This document shows, one piece after another, positions 9,298-18,207 of a DNA stretch of 64,000 bases (within the stretch, counting starts at the first letter, position 1; the number at the start of each line of letters is the position of its first letter). A program made the position numbers and the translations under genes. Source of the DNA: an uncultured Dehalococcoidales bacterium (GTDB lineage Bacteria; Chloroflexota; Dehalococcoidia; Dehalococcoidales; CAYYQY01). Below the pieces are notes generated by a model. That model ran no database searches, was not told the DNA's origin, and saw only the letters and a list, made by a program, of their open reading frames with translations. Location of the stretch: the NCBI GenBank assembly GCA_964473905.1, contig CAYYQY010000002.1:7683-71682 (forward strand), written 5' to 3'.

Positions 9298-10680
9298 ATG
9301 CCGGATAAACATGTATCGCAAGAATTTGGGGGAGATGAGGAAAGCACCACACTGTTACGCAAAAGGGAAGCCGTACTCCAGAAGGCAAAGGAGCATAATG
9401 TAAAGTTCATCAGGCTGTGGTTTACCGACATACTGGGGTTCCTCAAGAGCTTTACCATAACCGTTGAAGAACTGGCAGGGGCCATGGAGGAAGGCATGGG
9501 CTTTGACGGCTCTTCAATCCAGGGGTTCGCCCGTATTGATGAAAGCGACATGGTGGCGTTGCCTGATCCCGATACTTTCCGGGTATTGTCGTGGCGACCC
9601 CGGGAGAATAGTGCCGTAGCCCGGATGTTCTGTGATGTGCTGAAGCCCGGCGGTGAGATCTTCGAAGGTGACCCCAGGTATGTACTCAAGAAGAATCTAA
9701 AGCGGGCAGCGGACATGGGTTACACGTTCTATGTCGGGCCGGAGTTGGAATATTTCTACCTGCGTGATGACAAAGGTACCGAGCTTCTGGACCAGGGTGG
9801 CTACTTTGATATGACGCCGCGGGATGCCGCTACCGACCTGAGGAAAGAGACCGTGCTTACTCTGGAGGATCTGGGTATTGGCATTGAGTACTCGCACCAT
9901 GAGGTCGCTCCCAGCCAGCATGAGATAGACATGCGGTATACGGATGCTTTAACCATGGCCGACAACGTGATGACCTACCGTCTGGTGGTTAAAGACGTAG
10001 CGCTACAAAACGGGGTCTATGCCACATTCATGCCCAAGCCGGTATTCGGCATTAACGGCAACGGCATGCATGTTCACCAGTCGCTGTTTAAGGGTGAGCG
10101 CAACGTTTTCTTTGACAAAAATGATAAGTACCACCTGTCCGGGATAGCCAGGAGCTATATAGCCGGCCTATTAGAACACGCACCGGAAATCACGGCGGTC
10201 ACCAACCAGTGGGTCAACTCCTATAAACGGCTGGTTCCCGGCTACGAGGCGCCGGTTTATGTATCCTGGGCCCGGCGTAACCGCTCCGACCTGGTCCGGG
10301 TGCCGGAGTACCGGCCGGGGAGAGAAAAATCAACCAGGATTGAATTCAGGTCACCAGACCCGGCCTGTAACCCTTACCTGGCTTTCAGCGTCATGCTGGC
10401 CGCCGGGCTGGAAGGTATTGAGGGAGAATACAAAATTCCGGAGCCGATAGAAGAAAACATTTACGAGATGAGCGAAGAGGAGAGGCAAAAAAGAGGTATT
10501 AATACACTGCCGCCCGATCTACTGGAAGCTATACGTCTTGCCGAGAACAGTAAGCTGGTGCGAAAGGCTCTCGGCGAGCATGTTTTCCATGCCTTTATTG
10601 CCAATAAGAAAATTGAGTGGCATCAGTACCGGTCTCAGGTAACAGAATACGAGATTAAGAAATACTTGCCCATTCTGTAA
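9298..10680 (+). CDS. glnA: Glutamine synthetase, type I
   Basis: FDGSSIQGF, NGNGMHVHQSLF, SWARRNRSDLVRVP and RIEFRSPDPACNPYLA. ATG at 9298 follows AAAGGAGG (9284-9291). The ORF track begins upstream at 9271. Confidence 0.92.
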   Translation: MPDKHVSQEFGGDEESTTLLRKREAVLQKAKEHNVKFIRLWFTDILGFLKSFTITVEELAGAMEEGMGFDGSSIQGFARIDESDMVALPDPDTFRVLSWRPRENSAVARMFCDVLKPGGEIFEGDPRYVLKKNLKRAADMGYTFYVGPELEYFYLRDDKGTELLDQGGYFDMTPRDAATDLRKETVLTLEDLGIGIEYSHHEVAPSQHEIDMRYTDALTMADNVMTYRLVVKDVALQNGVYATFMPKPVFGINGNGMHVHQSLFKGERNVFFDKNDKYHLSGIARSYIAGLLEHAPEITAVTNQWVNSYKRLVPGYEAPVYVSWARRNRSDLVRVPEYRPGREKSTRIEFRSPDPACNPYLAFSVMLAAGLEGIEGEYKIPEPIEENIYEMSEEERQKRGINTLPPDLLEAIRLAENSKLVRKALGEHVFHAFIANKKIEWHQYRSQVTEYEIKKYLPIL

Positions 10681-10714
10681 ACTGAAATAGCTCACCGTGT
10701 GGGGAGGTATTAGT

Positions 10715-10795
10715 ATGCGTGGGTTGAGAATTGGCCTGGCACAAATTAATACTATCGTGGCTGACTTTGACGGTAATTTACGTAAGGTGTTTTAA
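10715..10795 (+). pseudogene. 26-codon N-terminal stump of glutamine-dependent NAD+ synthetase (NadE, CN-hydrolase domain)
   Basis: MRGLRIGLAQINTIVADFDGNLRKVF* matches NadE N-termini (MKxLRIxLAQxNxxxGDxxGNxxK). It keeps a GGGGAGG SD at 10701-10707 but ends at TAA after 26 codons. Confidence 0.6.
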
Positions 10796-10858
10796 AACAG
10801 GTGGATAGCATTTCCGGGGGACTTATGTCTGCATCTGGCTATATGGAGGGAGTCTATA

Positions 10859-13800
10859 ATGCGTCAAGGGGGAAGTCCTGAAGTAGAGAAAAAGGTAATC
10901 ACCATTCTTAAAGTTCTAAGTGAGTCCTCGGAATCGCTGGGCTCAATCACGATAGCCAGAGAGCTCAGGCGTTACGGCGTATTCTTAACGGAGCGGGCGG
11001 TGAGGTATCATCTCAAGATAATGGATGAGAGGGGATATACCTACTCTCTGGGCCGCGATGGTAGAATACTGACGCCAAAAGGTATGGATGAGCTGGCTAT
11101 AGCTCTCGCCCCGCAACAGGTAGGCTTTATTCTAAATAAGCTTGAACTGCTGGCTTTCTACACCACTTTTAACCCGGAGACAAAGACCGGCAATGTGCCT
11201 ATCAATACCTCTCTCATAGATAAAGACCAGTTCGGCGATACGCTGGCAGCCATGGCGGACGCCTTTAAGGCGGGTATATGCGTGAGTGACTTGGTAGCTA
11301 TGGCCACCGAAGGTGACAAGCTGGGCTCGGTGGTCATCCCTACCGGCAAGATAGGTCTGGCTACCGTGTGCAGTGTCGTTATAAATGGTGTGTTACTGAA
11401 ATCGGGTATCCCGGTAGATTCCAGGTTCGGCGGACTGCTGGAAGTCATAGATTCCAAACCGCAGCGCTTTGTGACCGCCATAAATTACAACGGTACTTCC
11501 GTTGACCCCTCCGAGCAGTGCATTCTTTCCGGTATGACCAGTGTGCAAAAAGTAGTTGAAACCGGCAGCGGTAAGCTGCTCGCCAATTTCCGCGAAATAA
11601 TAGCCCCGTCGCGGTCAGCCGTTGAAGAAATAATAGCCTCACTTAAAAAGGCGGGTATCGGCGGTGTGTATGTTTTGGGTAATACCAGTGAGGTCACCTG
11701 CAAAATCCCGGTAGAGCTTAACAAGGTCGGTATGGTCCTCTTGGGCGGATTAAACCCGGTGGCGGCTGCCATTGAGCAGGGGTTTAAAATTGAGAACGCA
11801 AGCGAGAGCGGGACGATTGATTATCAGCGTCTTAAAAAATTCTCACAGCTTGACGGGGTGCCGAAGCAGGCGGTGATGGCTAGTAGAAGGCAGCTTGGTC
11901 CCGGTTATCAGGAGACTACTAAACACGAGCCGCATAAACTTGGCAGCGGTTCACCTGAGCTTGACGAGCTTTTACAGGGGTTTCAAGACGGTGACAACAT
12001 CGTATGGCAGATAGATAGTCTGAGCGACTACACCCATTTTGCGGAGCTATTTGCCGACCAGGCTACCCGGGAGGGGCGTGAGTGCCTCTATTTCCGGTTT
12101 GCGCTGCACCAGGCTATTCTCAAGCCCCGTGCCGGAGTAACTATCGTAGAAATTGAACCGTCACCCGGATTTAATTTTTTCAGCGAAAAAGTGAGCAGCA
12201 TCATCGAGGAACGGGGCAGTAATGTTTATTATGTTTTTGATAATCTGTCAGCGCTGGTAGCCAGCTGGGCTACCGACGAGCTTCTGTCCGACTTCTTCCG
12301 GGTAACCTGTCCGCATATACTGGAAGCAGGCGCGGTAGCCTACTTCGCGCTAACCCGCGGGCAGCACGCCCACACCGCTATCGCTCGGATACGGGATACT
12401 ACCCAGATACTGATCGACATCTACCATATGCAGGGTGCCATGTACCTGCATCCCCTGAAGGTATGGGGGCGCTACTCGGCCCAGATGTTCCTGCCGCACC
12501 TTATCTCAGAGGCAGGATGGTCGCCGGTCTTCCAAAGTGGCGAAGCAGCCAGAATATCTTCATCCATGTATAAACAGCCGCTCAGTGTCGCCGTGCCCTC
12601 TATTGCTCCTTGGGAAAGTGTATATGCCAAGCTTATGCAGTTTCGCCAGGCGCGGGGAAAGCTGGATGAGAGCGACCCGGAAATAAAATCTCTCAAGCAT
12701 GAGCTTACCCGGATGATTATCGGCGAACACAGGTCATTTAACCGGCTCGCCAGTAAGTACTTCACCGTGGATGACCTCATTGAAATCAGGAACCGCATCA
12801 TCGGCACCGGTCACATCGGCGGTAAGGCCGCCGGTATGTTGCTCGCCAGGCGTATCCTGTTGACGGAAAAGGGTGAGGTGGACTATTCACAGGTTCTTGA
12901 GCCTCACGATTCGTTCTATATCGGCTCGGACGTGTTTTTTACCTTTCTGGTTAATAACGACCTGTTTCAGCTTGGCCTGCAGGTCAATAAGGACTGGCAA
13001 ATCTCAGCGGAGGAGTTTGAAAAAATCGAGCAGCTTTTCCTGAATGGGGAATTCACTCCGGAGATAGTCGGGCAGTTTCGGGATATGCTGGACTATTTTG
13101 GCCAGGCACCTATTATCGCCAGGTCCAGCAGCTTGATGGAAGATAGCCTGGGCAATGCCTTCGCCGGTAAGTATATGAGCATTTTTTGCCCTAACCAGGG
13201 TGACCCCGAAGAGCGTCTCGAGGAGTTCCTGCATGCCGTCAAGCTCATTTACGCCAGTGTGCTTAACCCGGATGCCGTCTCTTACCGGGTGAAACAGGGG
13301 CTTTATGAAAGTGACGAGCAGATGGCTATACTGGTGCAGCGTGTATCCGGGACAGCATACAAGCACTATTTCTTTCCACCTCTTGCCGGCGTAGCTTTTT
13401 CCAAGAATTTATACCGGTGGGCTGACCGTATTGACCCGCAGAAGGGGATAATCAGGCTTGTCTTCGGCCTGGGAACCCGGGCGGTTAACCGTGTTGGTGG
13501 TGACTATCCCCGGATGATAGCCATATCTCACCCGCAGCTCCGTCCGGAGTACGGTGCCCGGATAGCCAAGTACTCGCAGCACAATATGGATTTGCTTGAC
13601 CTGAAATCAAACATGTTCACCTCCAGACTGGTTACGGATGTGCTTGGCGATTACGATTATCCTAACCTGCGCCTTATCGCATCGCAGATGGAGGATGGTT
13701 ATACCCACGATGTCACCAGCATTTCCCCTGAGGCATCAGCTACGTATCTCCTTCTGACATTTAACAACCTTACTGAAAAGACACCGTTTGTTAAAATCAT

Positions 13801-14542
13801 GGGTGATATGCTTACCAGATTGGAAGAGGCCTATGGCTATCCCATAGATTCCGAGTTTACGGCTCACGTGAGACCCGATGGTGAGGTGAGGGTTAATCTA
13901 TTGCAGTGCCGCTCACTCAGGTTGCCCGGCACGTCACTATCTGTTGAAATACCGGAAAACATACCTGCCGAGCGGACATTATTCACGTCCAAGCGCTTCA
14001 TAAGCGGGGGCATGGTACAAAACATACGCTACATCCTGTATATAGACCCGGTCAAGTATGCTGCAACAGCGCCGGAGGCCAAAAAAACGCTGGGTAGAGT
14101 GGTGGGGCGTGTCAACAAGCACCCGTCTATTATTGAGGGCAAGATAATGATGATGGGGCCGGGCAGATGGGGTAGCAGCAACACCGAACTGGGGGTAAAT
14201 GTCGGCTATGCGGACATTGATAATACCTCCGTTCTGGTAGAGATTGCCCGTGAGGAGACAGGGCATATCCCGGAGGTGTCCTACGGTACTCGTTTCTTTC
14301 AGGATCTGGTTGAGGCAAATATCATGTATTTGCCCGTTTACCCCGGCGACCCGGATACTGCCTTTAATGCGGCGTTCTTTGACTCCTCACCCAACATAAT
14401 CGGCGAACTCCTGCCCGAGACAGCCGGGTTTGACGGTGTGGTACAATTAATTGACGTTCCAGCCGTAACCGGCGGGCAATACGCGCAAATTATAGCCGAG
14501 CTGCAAAATCAGAGGGCGATTTGTTTTACCGGCCCTGAGTAG
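10859..14542 (+). CDS. Fusion protein: NrpR-type nitrogen regulator (wHTH + DUF128) - KaiC/RecA-like domain lacking a P-loop - PPDK_N (PEP/pyruvate-binding ATP-grasp) domain
   Basis: aa 1-335: ITILKVLSES..ERAVRYHLKIMDERGY..GKIGLATVCSVVINGVLLKSGIPVDSRFGGLLEV..NYNGTSVDPSE (NrpR pattern). aa ~355-560: SPELDELLQGFQDGDNIVWQIDS... (KaiC-like, no GKT). aa ~640-end: IGGKAAGMLLARR, IIARSSSLMEDS, FAGKY, MAILVQRVSG (PPDK_N). The frame is a single uninterrupted ORF with a GGAGGGA SD before the ATG. Confidence 0.75.
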   Translation: MRQGGSPEVEKKVITILKVLSESSESLGSITIARELRRYGVFLTERAVRYHLKIMDERGYTYSLGRDGRILTPKGMDELAIALAPQQVGFILNKLELLAFYTTFNPETKTGNVPINTSLIDKDQFGDTLAAMADAFKAGICVSDLVAMATEGDKLGSVVIPTGKIGLATVCSVVINGVLLKSGIPVDSRFGGLLEVIDSKPQRFVTAINYNGTSVDPSEQCILSGMTSVQKVVETGSGKLLANFREIIAPSRSAVEEIIASLKKAGIGGVYVLGNTSEVTCKIPVELNKVGMVLLGGLNPVAAAIEQGFKIENASESGTIDYQRLKKFSQLDGVPKQAVMASRRQLGPGYQETTKHEPHKLGSGSPELDELLQGFQDGDNIVWQIDSLSDYTHFAELFADQATREGRECLYFRFALHQAILKPRAGVTIVEIEPSPGFNFFSEKVSSIIEERGSNVYYVFDNLSALVASWATDELLSDFFRVTCPHILEAGAVAYFALTRGQHAHTAIARIRDTTQILIDIYHMQGAMYLHPLKVWGRYSAQMFLPHLISEAGWSPVFQSGEAARISSSMYKQPLSVAVPSIAPWESVYAKLMQFRQARGKLDESDPEIKSLKHELTRMIIGEHRSFNRLASKYFTVDDLIEIRNRIIGTGHIGGKAAGMLLARRILLTEKGEVDYSQVLEPHDSFYIGSDVFFTFLVNNDLFQLGLQVNKDWQISAEEFEKIEQLFLNGEFTPEIVGQFRDMLDYFGQAPIIARSSSLMEDSLGNAFAGKYMSIFCPNQGDPEERLEEFLHAVKLIYASVLNPDAVSYRVKQGLYESDEQMAILVQRVSGTAYKHYFFPPLAGVAFSKNLYRWADRIDPQKGIIRLVFGLGTRAVNRVGGDYPRMIAISHPQLRPEYGARIAKYSQHNMDLLDLKSNMFTSRLVTDVLGDYDYPNLRLIASQMEDGYTHDVTSISPEASATYLLLTFNNLTEKTPFVKIMGDMLTRLEEAYGYPIDSEFTAHVRPDGEVRVNLLQCRSLRLPGTSLSVEIPENIPAERTLFTSKRFISGGMVQNIRYILYIDPVKYAATAPEAKKTLGRVVGRVNKHPSIIEGKIMMMGPGRWGSSNTELGVNVGYADIDNTSVLVEIAREETGHIPEVSYGTRFFQDLVEANIMYLPVYPGDPDTAFNAAFFDSSPNIIGELLPETAGFDGVVQLIDVPAVTGGQYAQIIAELQNQRAICFTGPE

Positions 14543-14681
14543 CCGGTATTCATTTATCCAGGCCCCCTATCTGGCTTTGGGCAGAAACGCCAAGCTATCA
14601 TGGTGCAGCAAAGCCGGCTTGCCTGGCATCAAAACTAGTTTTATGAGGTCGGTTTTATTATGTTTATCGGTGTGGTAGAAT

Positions 14682-14909
14682 ATGCTCGACATGAAAGAGG
14701 ACATTGATAAACCTATAGACGAGCTGTTTACCAAGATAAGACTAAAGCTGCTTGATATCAGGCAAACAGACCCGGAGTTAGTTGAAGAGCTGAAGAACCT
14801 GCTGGTTCAGCTTGAAGACTATGTGCAGTCGCTGATAATAGATTCGATGAAGTTACAGGATCTAAAAGACGCTCGCAAGAAAAAGAGGCAGGAAAAGAAT
14901 AACGACTGA
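14682..14909 (+). CDS. Hypothetical small coiled-coil protein
   Basis: 75-aa charged, heptad-like sequence with no recognisable family. The start is uncertain (ATG at 14682 or 14691). Confidence 0.3.
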   Translation: MLDMKEDIDKPIDELFTKIRLKLLDIRQTDPELVEELKNLLVQLEDYVQSLIIDSMKLQDLKDARKKKRQEKNND

Positions 14910-15022
14910 TTTGCCCTTTCATCATTCACTATCCCTATCCCCGCCAGGCTGTTTTCTTTGCCCGTACGACAGTCATCTTTTCCGTTACCGCAAGTCCCGC
15001 TGAACGATTTTTAGCCCGATTC

Positions 15023-15051
15023 TTGACAAATGCGGGTATTATTGCTAGTAT
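15023..15051 (+). promoter_or_regulatory. Sigma-70-type promoter (TTGACA - 17 nt - TAGTAT) upstream of yloV-like gene
   Basis: TTGACA at 15023-15028 and TAGTAT at 15046-15051, about 115 nt upstream of the ATG at 15166. Confidence 0.45.
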
Positions 15052-15165
15052 GCCTAGGTAGTCTAGGTATGTATTTACCTGGATAGCAACATAGGCAGGT
15101 CGTAGCCTGCGTGTTAGAATAAAATCGTGCATTAGCGGACAAATAATGTAAGAGCCGGGTGGGAA

Positions 15166-16806
15166 ATGACGCAGAATGGGGCTATTAGCGGACATCAGTT
15201 CAAGATGATGTTTGCTACCGCTACCGATTGGCTGGGGAAAAGCAGCGAAGAGATAAATGCTTTGAATGTCTTCCCGGTGCCTGACGGTGATACCGGGACC
15301 AACATGACGCTTACCATGCAGTCCAGCGTAGAAGAGGCGGCGCGGGTCATCGAGATTAACGTGTCCTCTATTGCTGAAGCCATGGCCAGGGGGGCTTTGC
15401 TGGGGGCGAGGGGCAACAGCGGTGTCATACTATCGCTTATCTGGCAGGGTCTCGCCCGAAGTATTGCCGGTAAGGATAGCATCGGCAGCCGGGATTTGGC
15501 CGATGCCTTCAAGCAGGCGGAGGAAGCGGCCTATTCGGGAATAAATAATCCCGTGGAAGGTACCATTTTAACGGTATTGAAAGAGGTAGCCCGGGACAGC
15601 CGGTGCCAGGTGGCTAAAGGTGAAGGCAACGTAGTTGCCGTTTTGCAGGCGGCGGTGGATGCGGCGCGGGAGGCGGTAGCCAATACGCCTAACCAGCTGC
15701 CGGTGTTAATGGAGGCCGGGGTAGTGGATGCCGGGGGGCAGGGACTGTATACCCTGCTGGAGGGGGTGCTTCTCTCTCTCACGGATAAAACCGGCGAGTT
15801 GCAGTCCGGCAAATCAGAGATGATAAGCAGCGGTGCGTACATCAGTGCCTACCAGCCGGTAATAGATGATGGTAGCGAAATACCCTATGGCTACTGCACC
15901 CAGTTTTTGGTGCGGGGTGAAGACCTGGACCCGGATGCCATAACGGCCGGTCTCAGGGATAAGGGGGAGTCGCTGGTGGTGGTTGGTAGCGGGTCTGCCG
16001 TGAGAATTCATATTCATGCTCTGGACCCGGGCGAAATTATACACTATGCCGTCTCGCTCGGTACGCTTCATGATATTAACATACGTAACATGGACGAGCA
16101 GGTGGCCGATATGCTGACAGCCCAGACCGGGGAGTCGCCGGCTATCAAATCTGGAGTGGCTGTGATTGGCGTAGTCCTGGGTAGCGGGCTATCGGAGCTG
16201 TTTATTAAGCTCGGGGCAGCCGCTGTTGTTCCGGGAGGGCAGACGATGAATCCCAGCACTCGGGATATTCTTCAGGTGATAGATGCCGTGCCGGCTAATG
16301 ACATCATCGTTCTCCCCAACAACAAGAACGTAGTACTGGCGGCACAGAAAACCAAGTCATTATCAGAGAAGAATGTGGTGGTTATACCTACGGTTAGTAT
16401 TCCGCAGGGCATAGCCACCCTGGTGGCTTTTGAGCCCGAAGCAGACCTGCAAACCAATATTGGCCTTATGACCGAAGCCAGAGTAACAGTTAAAACTATA
16501 GAGGTCACCCGTGCCACACGTTCTACCAAACTGAATGGTTTTAACATTCACAAGAACCAGTCTATAGGTATGCTGGACAATAAGCTACTGGCCGTTGGTG
16601 ATGAAGCCGCTGACGTCATAATTGATATTCTGGCTAAAACCGATCTCAGCGAAGCCGAAATGGTCACCCTCTACCGGGGTGCTGACACAGAAGATGCTGA
16701 TGTGGAGCGTGTGAGCGCTGCCATTTGCCAGCATTATCCGGAGCTGGACGTTGATATTATTAAAGGGGGCCATCCTCACTACAACTATATCATCTCCGTA
16801 GAATAA
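15166..16806 (+). CDS. DAK2 domain-containing protein (YloV family)
   Basis: LNVFPVPDGDTGTNM and ARGNSGVILS motifs. The 546-aa length and the downstream DegV partner are typical. Confidence 0.85.
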   Translation: MTQNGAISGHQFKMMFATATDWLGKSSEEINALNVFPVPDGDTGTNMTLTMQSSVEEAARVIEINVSSIAEAMARGALLGARGNSGVILSLIWQGLARSIAGKDSIGSRDLADAFKQAEEAAYSGINNPVEGTILTVLKEVARDSRCQVAKGEGNVVAVLQAAVDAAREAVANTPNQLPVLMEAGVVDAGGQGLYTLLEGVLLSLTDKTGELQSGKSEMISSGAYISAYQPVIDDGSEIPYGYCTQFLVRGEDLDPDAITAGLRDKGESLVVVGSGSAVRIHIHALDPGEIIHYAVSLGTLHDINIRNMDEQVADMLTAQTGESPAIKSGVAVIGVVLGSGLSELFIKLGAAAVVPGGQTMNPSTRDILQVIDAVPANDIIVLPNNKNVVLAAQKTKSLSEKNVVVIPTVSIPQGIATLVAFEPEADLQTNIGLMTEARVTVKTIEVTRATRSTKLNGFNIHKNQSIGMLDNKLLAVGDEAADVIIDILAKTDLSEAEMVTLYRGADTEDADVERVSAAICQHYPELDVDIIKGGHPHYNYIISVE

Positions 16807-16946
16807 TAAAATCGCGCTGGCAAGTAGTTTTTCTGGCAAAAGTATATATTTTTAGATCCCCCCGGTTTATAATTGGCGATTATACTGGTCGTGTCTTATT
16901 GTTGTTTTAAGGTTTTTTCATTAAAACAAGATAGGAGGCTTTAGCA

Positions 16947-17816
16947 ATGTCCAACGTTCTTATTGTAACCGACAGTATATCCGGTATTACCAGCGATATA
17001 GCTAAGGAATATAATATCAGGGTGGTGCCCGGTGCCAACATAATTTTTGACGGTAAGTCCTATCCGGATGGTGTTAGCATCACCGCGGAAGAAGCCTACG
17101 AGATGGCACAGAAGGACGCCGACAAGTTCTCCACGTCAACACTTACCCCCGGTTATCTTCTGGACCTGTACCGCCAGTTCAGCAAAGAGTCTGATAAAAT
17201 AGTCGTTATCAACTTTTCCTCCGCCGTAAGCGCGGCCTATACCATCGCCTGCCGAGCGGCGGAAATGCTCAAAAAGGAGTCGCCCCAGACAGACATAAGG
17301 GTAATTGACTCAAAAACCGTGGCTGCCGGCCAGGGGCTGCTGGCTATCGCCGCCGCCAAAGCGGCTGCCCGGGGCATGGACATAGAGCAGATTATTAGTT
17401 TCGTAGGCGAGACCAGACAGCAGACAGGCTGCATTATGATGCTGGATACGTTAAAATATGTCTATCGGACCGGTCGCTACTCGAAGTCAACCGCCAGAAT
17501 AGCTTCTCTATTGCATATAAAACCGTTGAATAACGTAACCGCGGACGGTAACTTTGAAGTTTTTGACAAGGTTAGAAAGAGGAAGGATGGCTACAGGCGA
17601 CTAATAGACTTTATTAAAGGTGAAGCCCAAACAGACTCGCTCTATTTCATGATAGAACATGCCAGTGCTCCTGAGCTTGCCGAAGAGCTTTCCGAGCAGC
17701 TAAGCCAGGAATTCAACAGCCTCGGGGTGATAATAGGTCCCTACAGCCCGATAATGGGCTATGCTTCCGGGCCGAAATGCCTGGTGGTTGGTTTCCAGCC
17801 CGAGATGAACGGGTAA
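16947..17816 (+). CDS. DegV family fatty-acid-binding protein
   Basis: N-terminus VLIVTDSISGIT with a DegV-like layout over 289 aa. AGGAGG SD before the ATG. Confidence 0.8.
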   Translation: MSNVLIVTDSISGITSDIAKEYNIRVVPGANIIFDGKSYPDGVSITAEEAYEMAQKDADKFSTSTLTPGYLLDLYRQFSKESDKIVVINFSSAVSAAYTIACRAAEMLKKESPQTDIRVIDSKTVAAGQGLLAIAAAKAAARGMDIEQIISFVGETRQQTGCIMMLDTLKYVYRTGRYSKSTARIASLLHIKPLNNVTADGNFEVFDKVRKRKDGYRRLIDFIKGEAQTDSLYFMIEHASAPELAEELSEQLSQEFNSLGVIIGPYSPIMGYASGPKCLVVGFQPEMNG

Positions 17817-18207
17817 AAATTATGGCTCGAGGGAGACGCGGGCAAGAACTCGGGCTGGAGGCTTTCTGTACTTACGGGGAAGCAGGCTGGAGAGACGTCT
17901 ACGCACTCAGCCAGCCGCTATCAATAACGATGCTGGCGCCGATAGCGCTAAACTGTCTCTGCCAGGAAAAGTTACTATCTACCCGGCCTGTGTTTTGGGC
18001 TGCCATAGAACCGCTCGTCAGTGCGGGCTATCTCCACTGCCTTCAGTGCGCTCGCTTCTTTGTCCTTAGCCTTAATCATGATGTCAAAGCCAAAGGGTCT
18101 CCCGGTTAATACAGCAGGGTATCCTATCTCCATAGGGCGCTTTCCCCGCAGATGATGCGGCTGGGTAGAAAACTGTTCTTTACCAGTTTCCCATATTTAA
18201 CAAACCT

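Noticed and set aside
17777-18109. 110-aa plus-strand ORF overlapping the end of degV
   Set aside because: It starts inside degV in another frame, has no SD and no recognisable motif. The region looks like decayed DNA (see finding), so it is not called as a gene.
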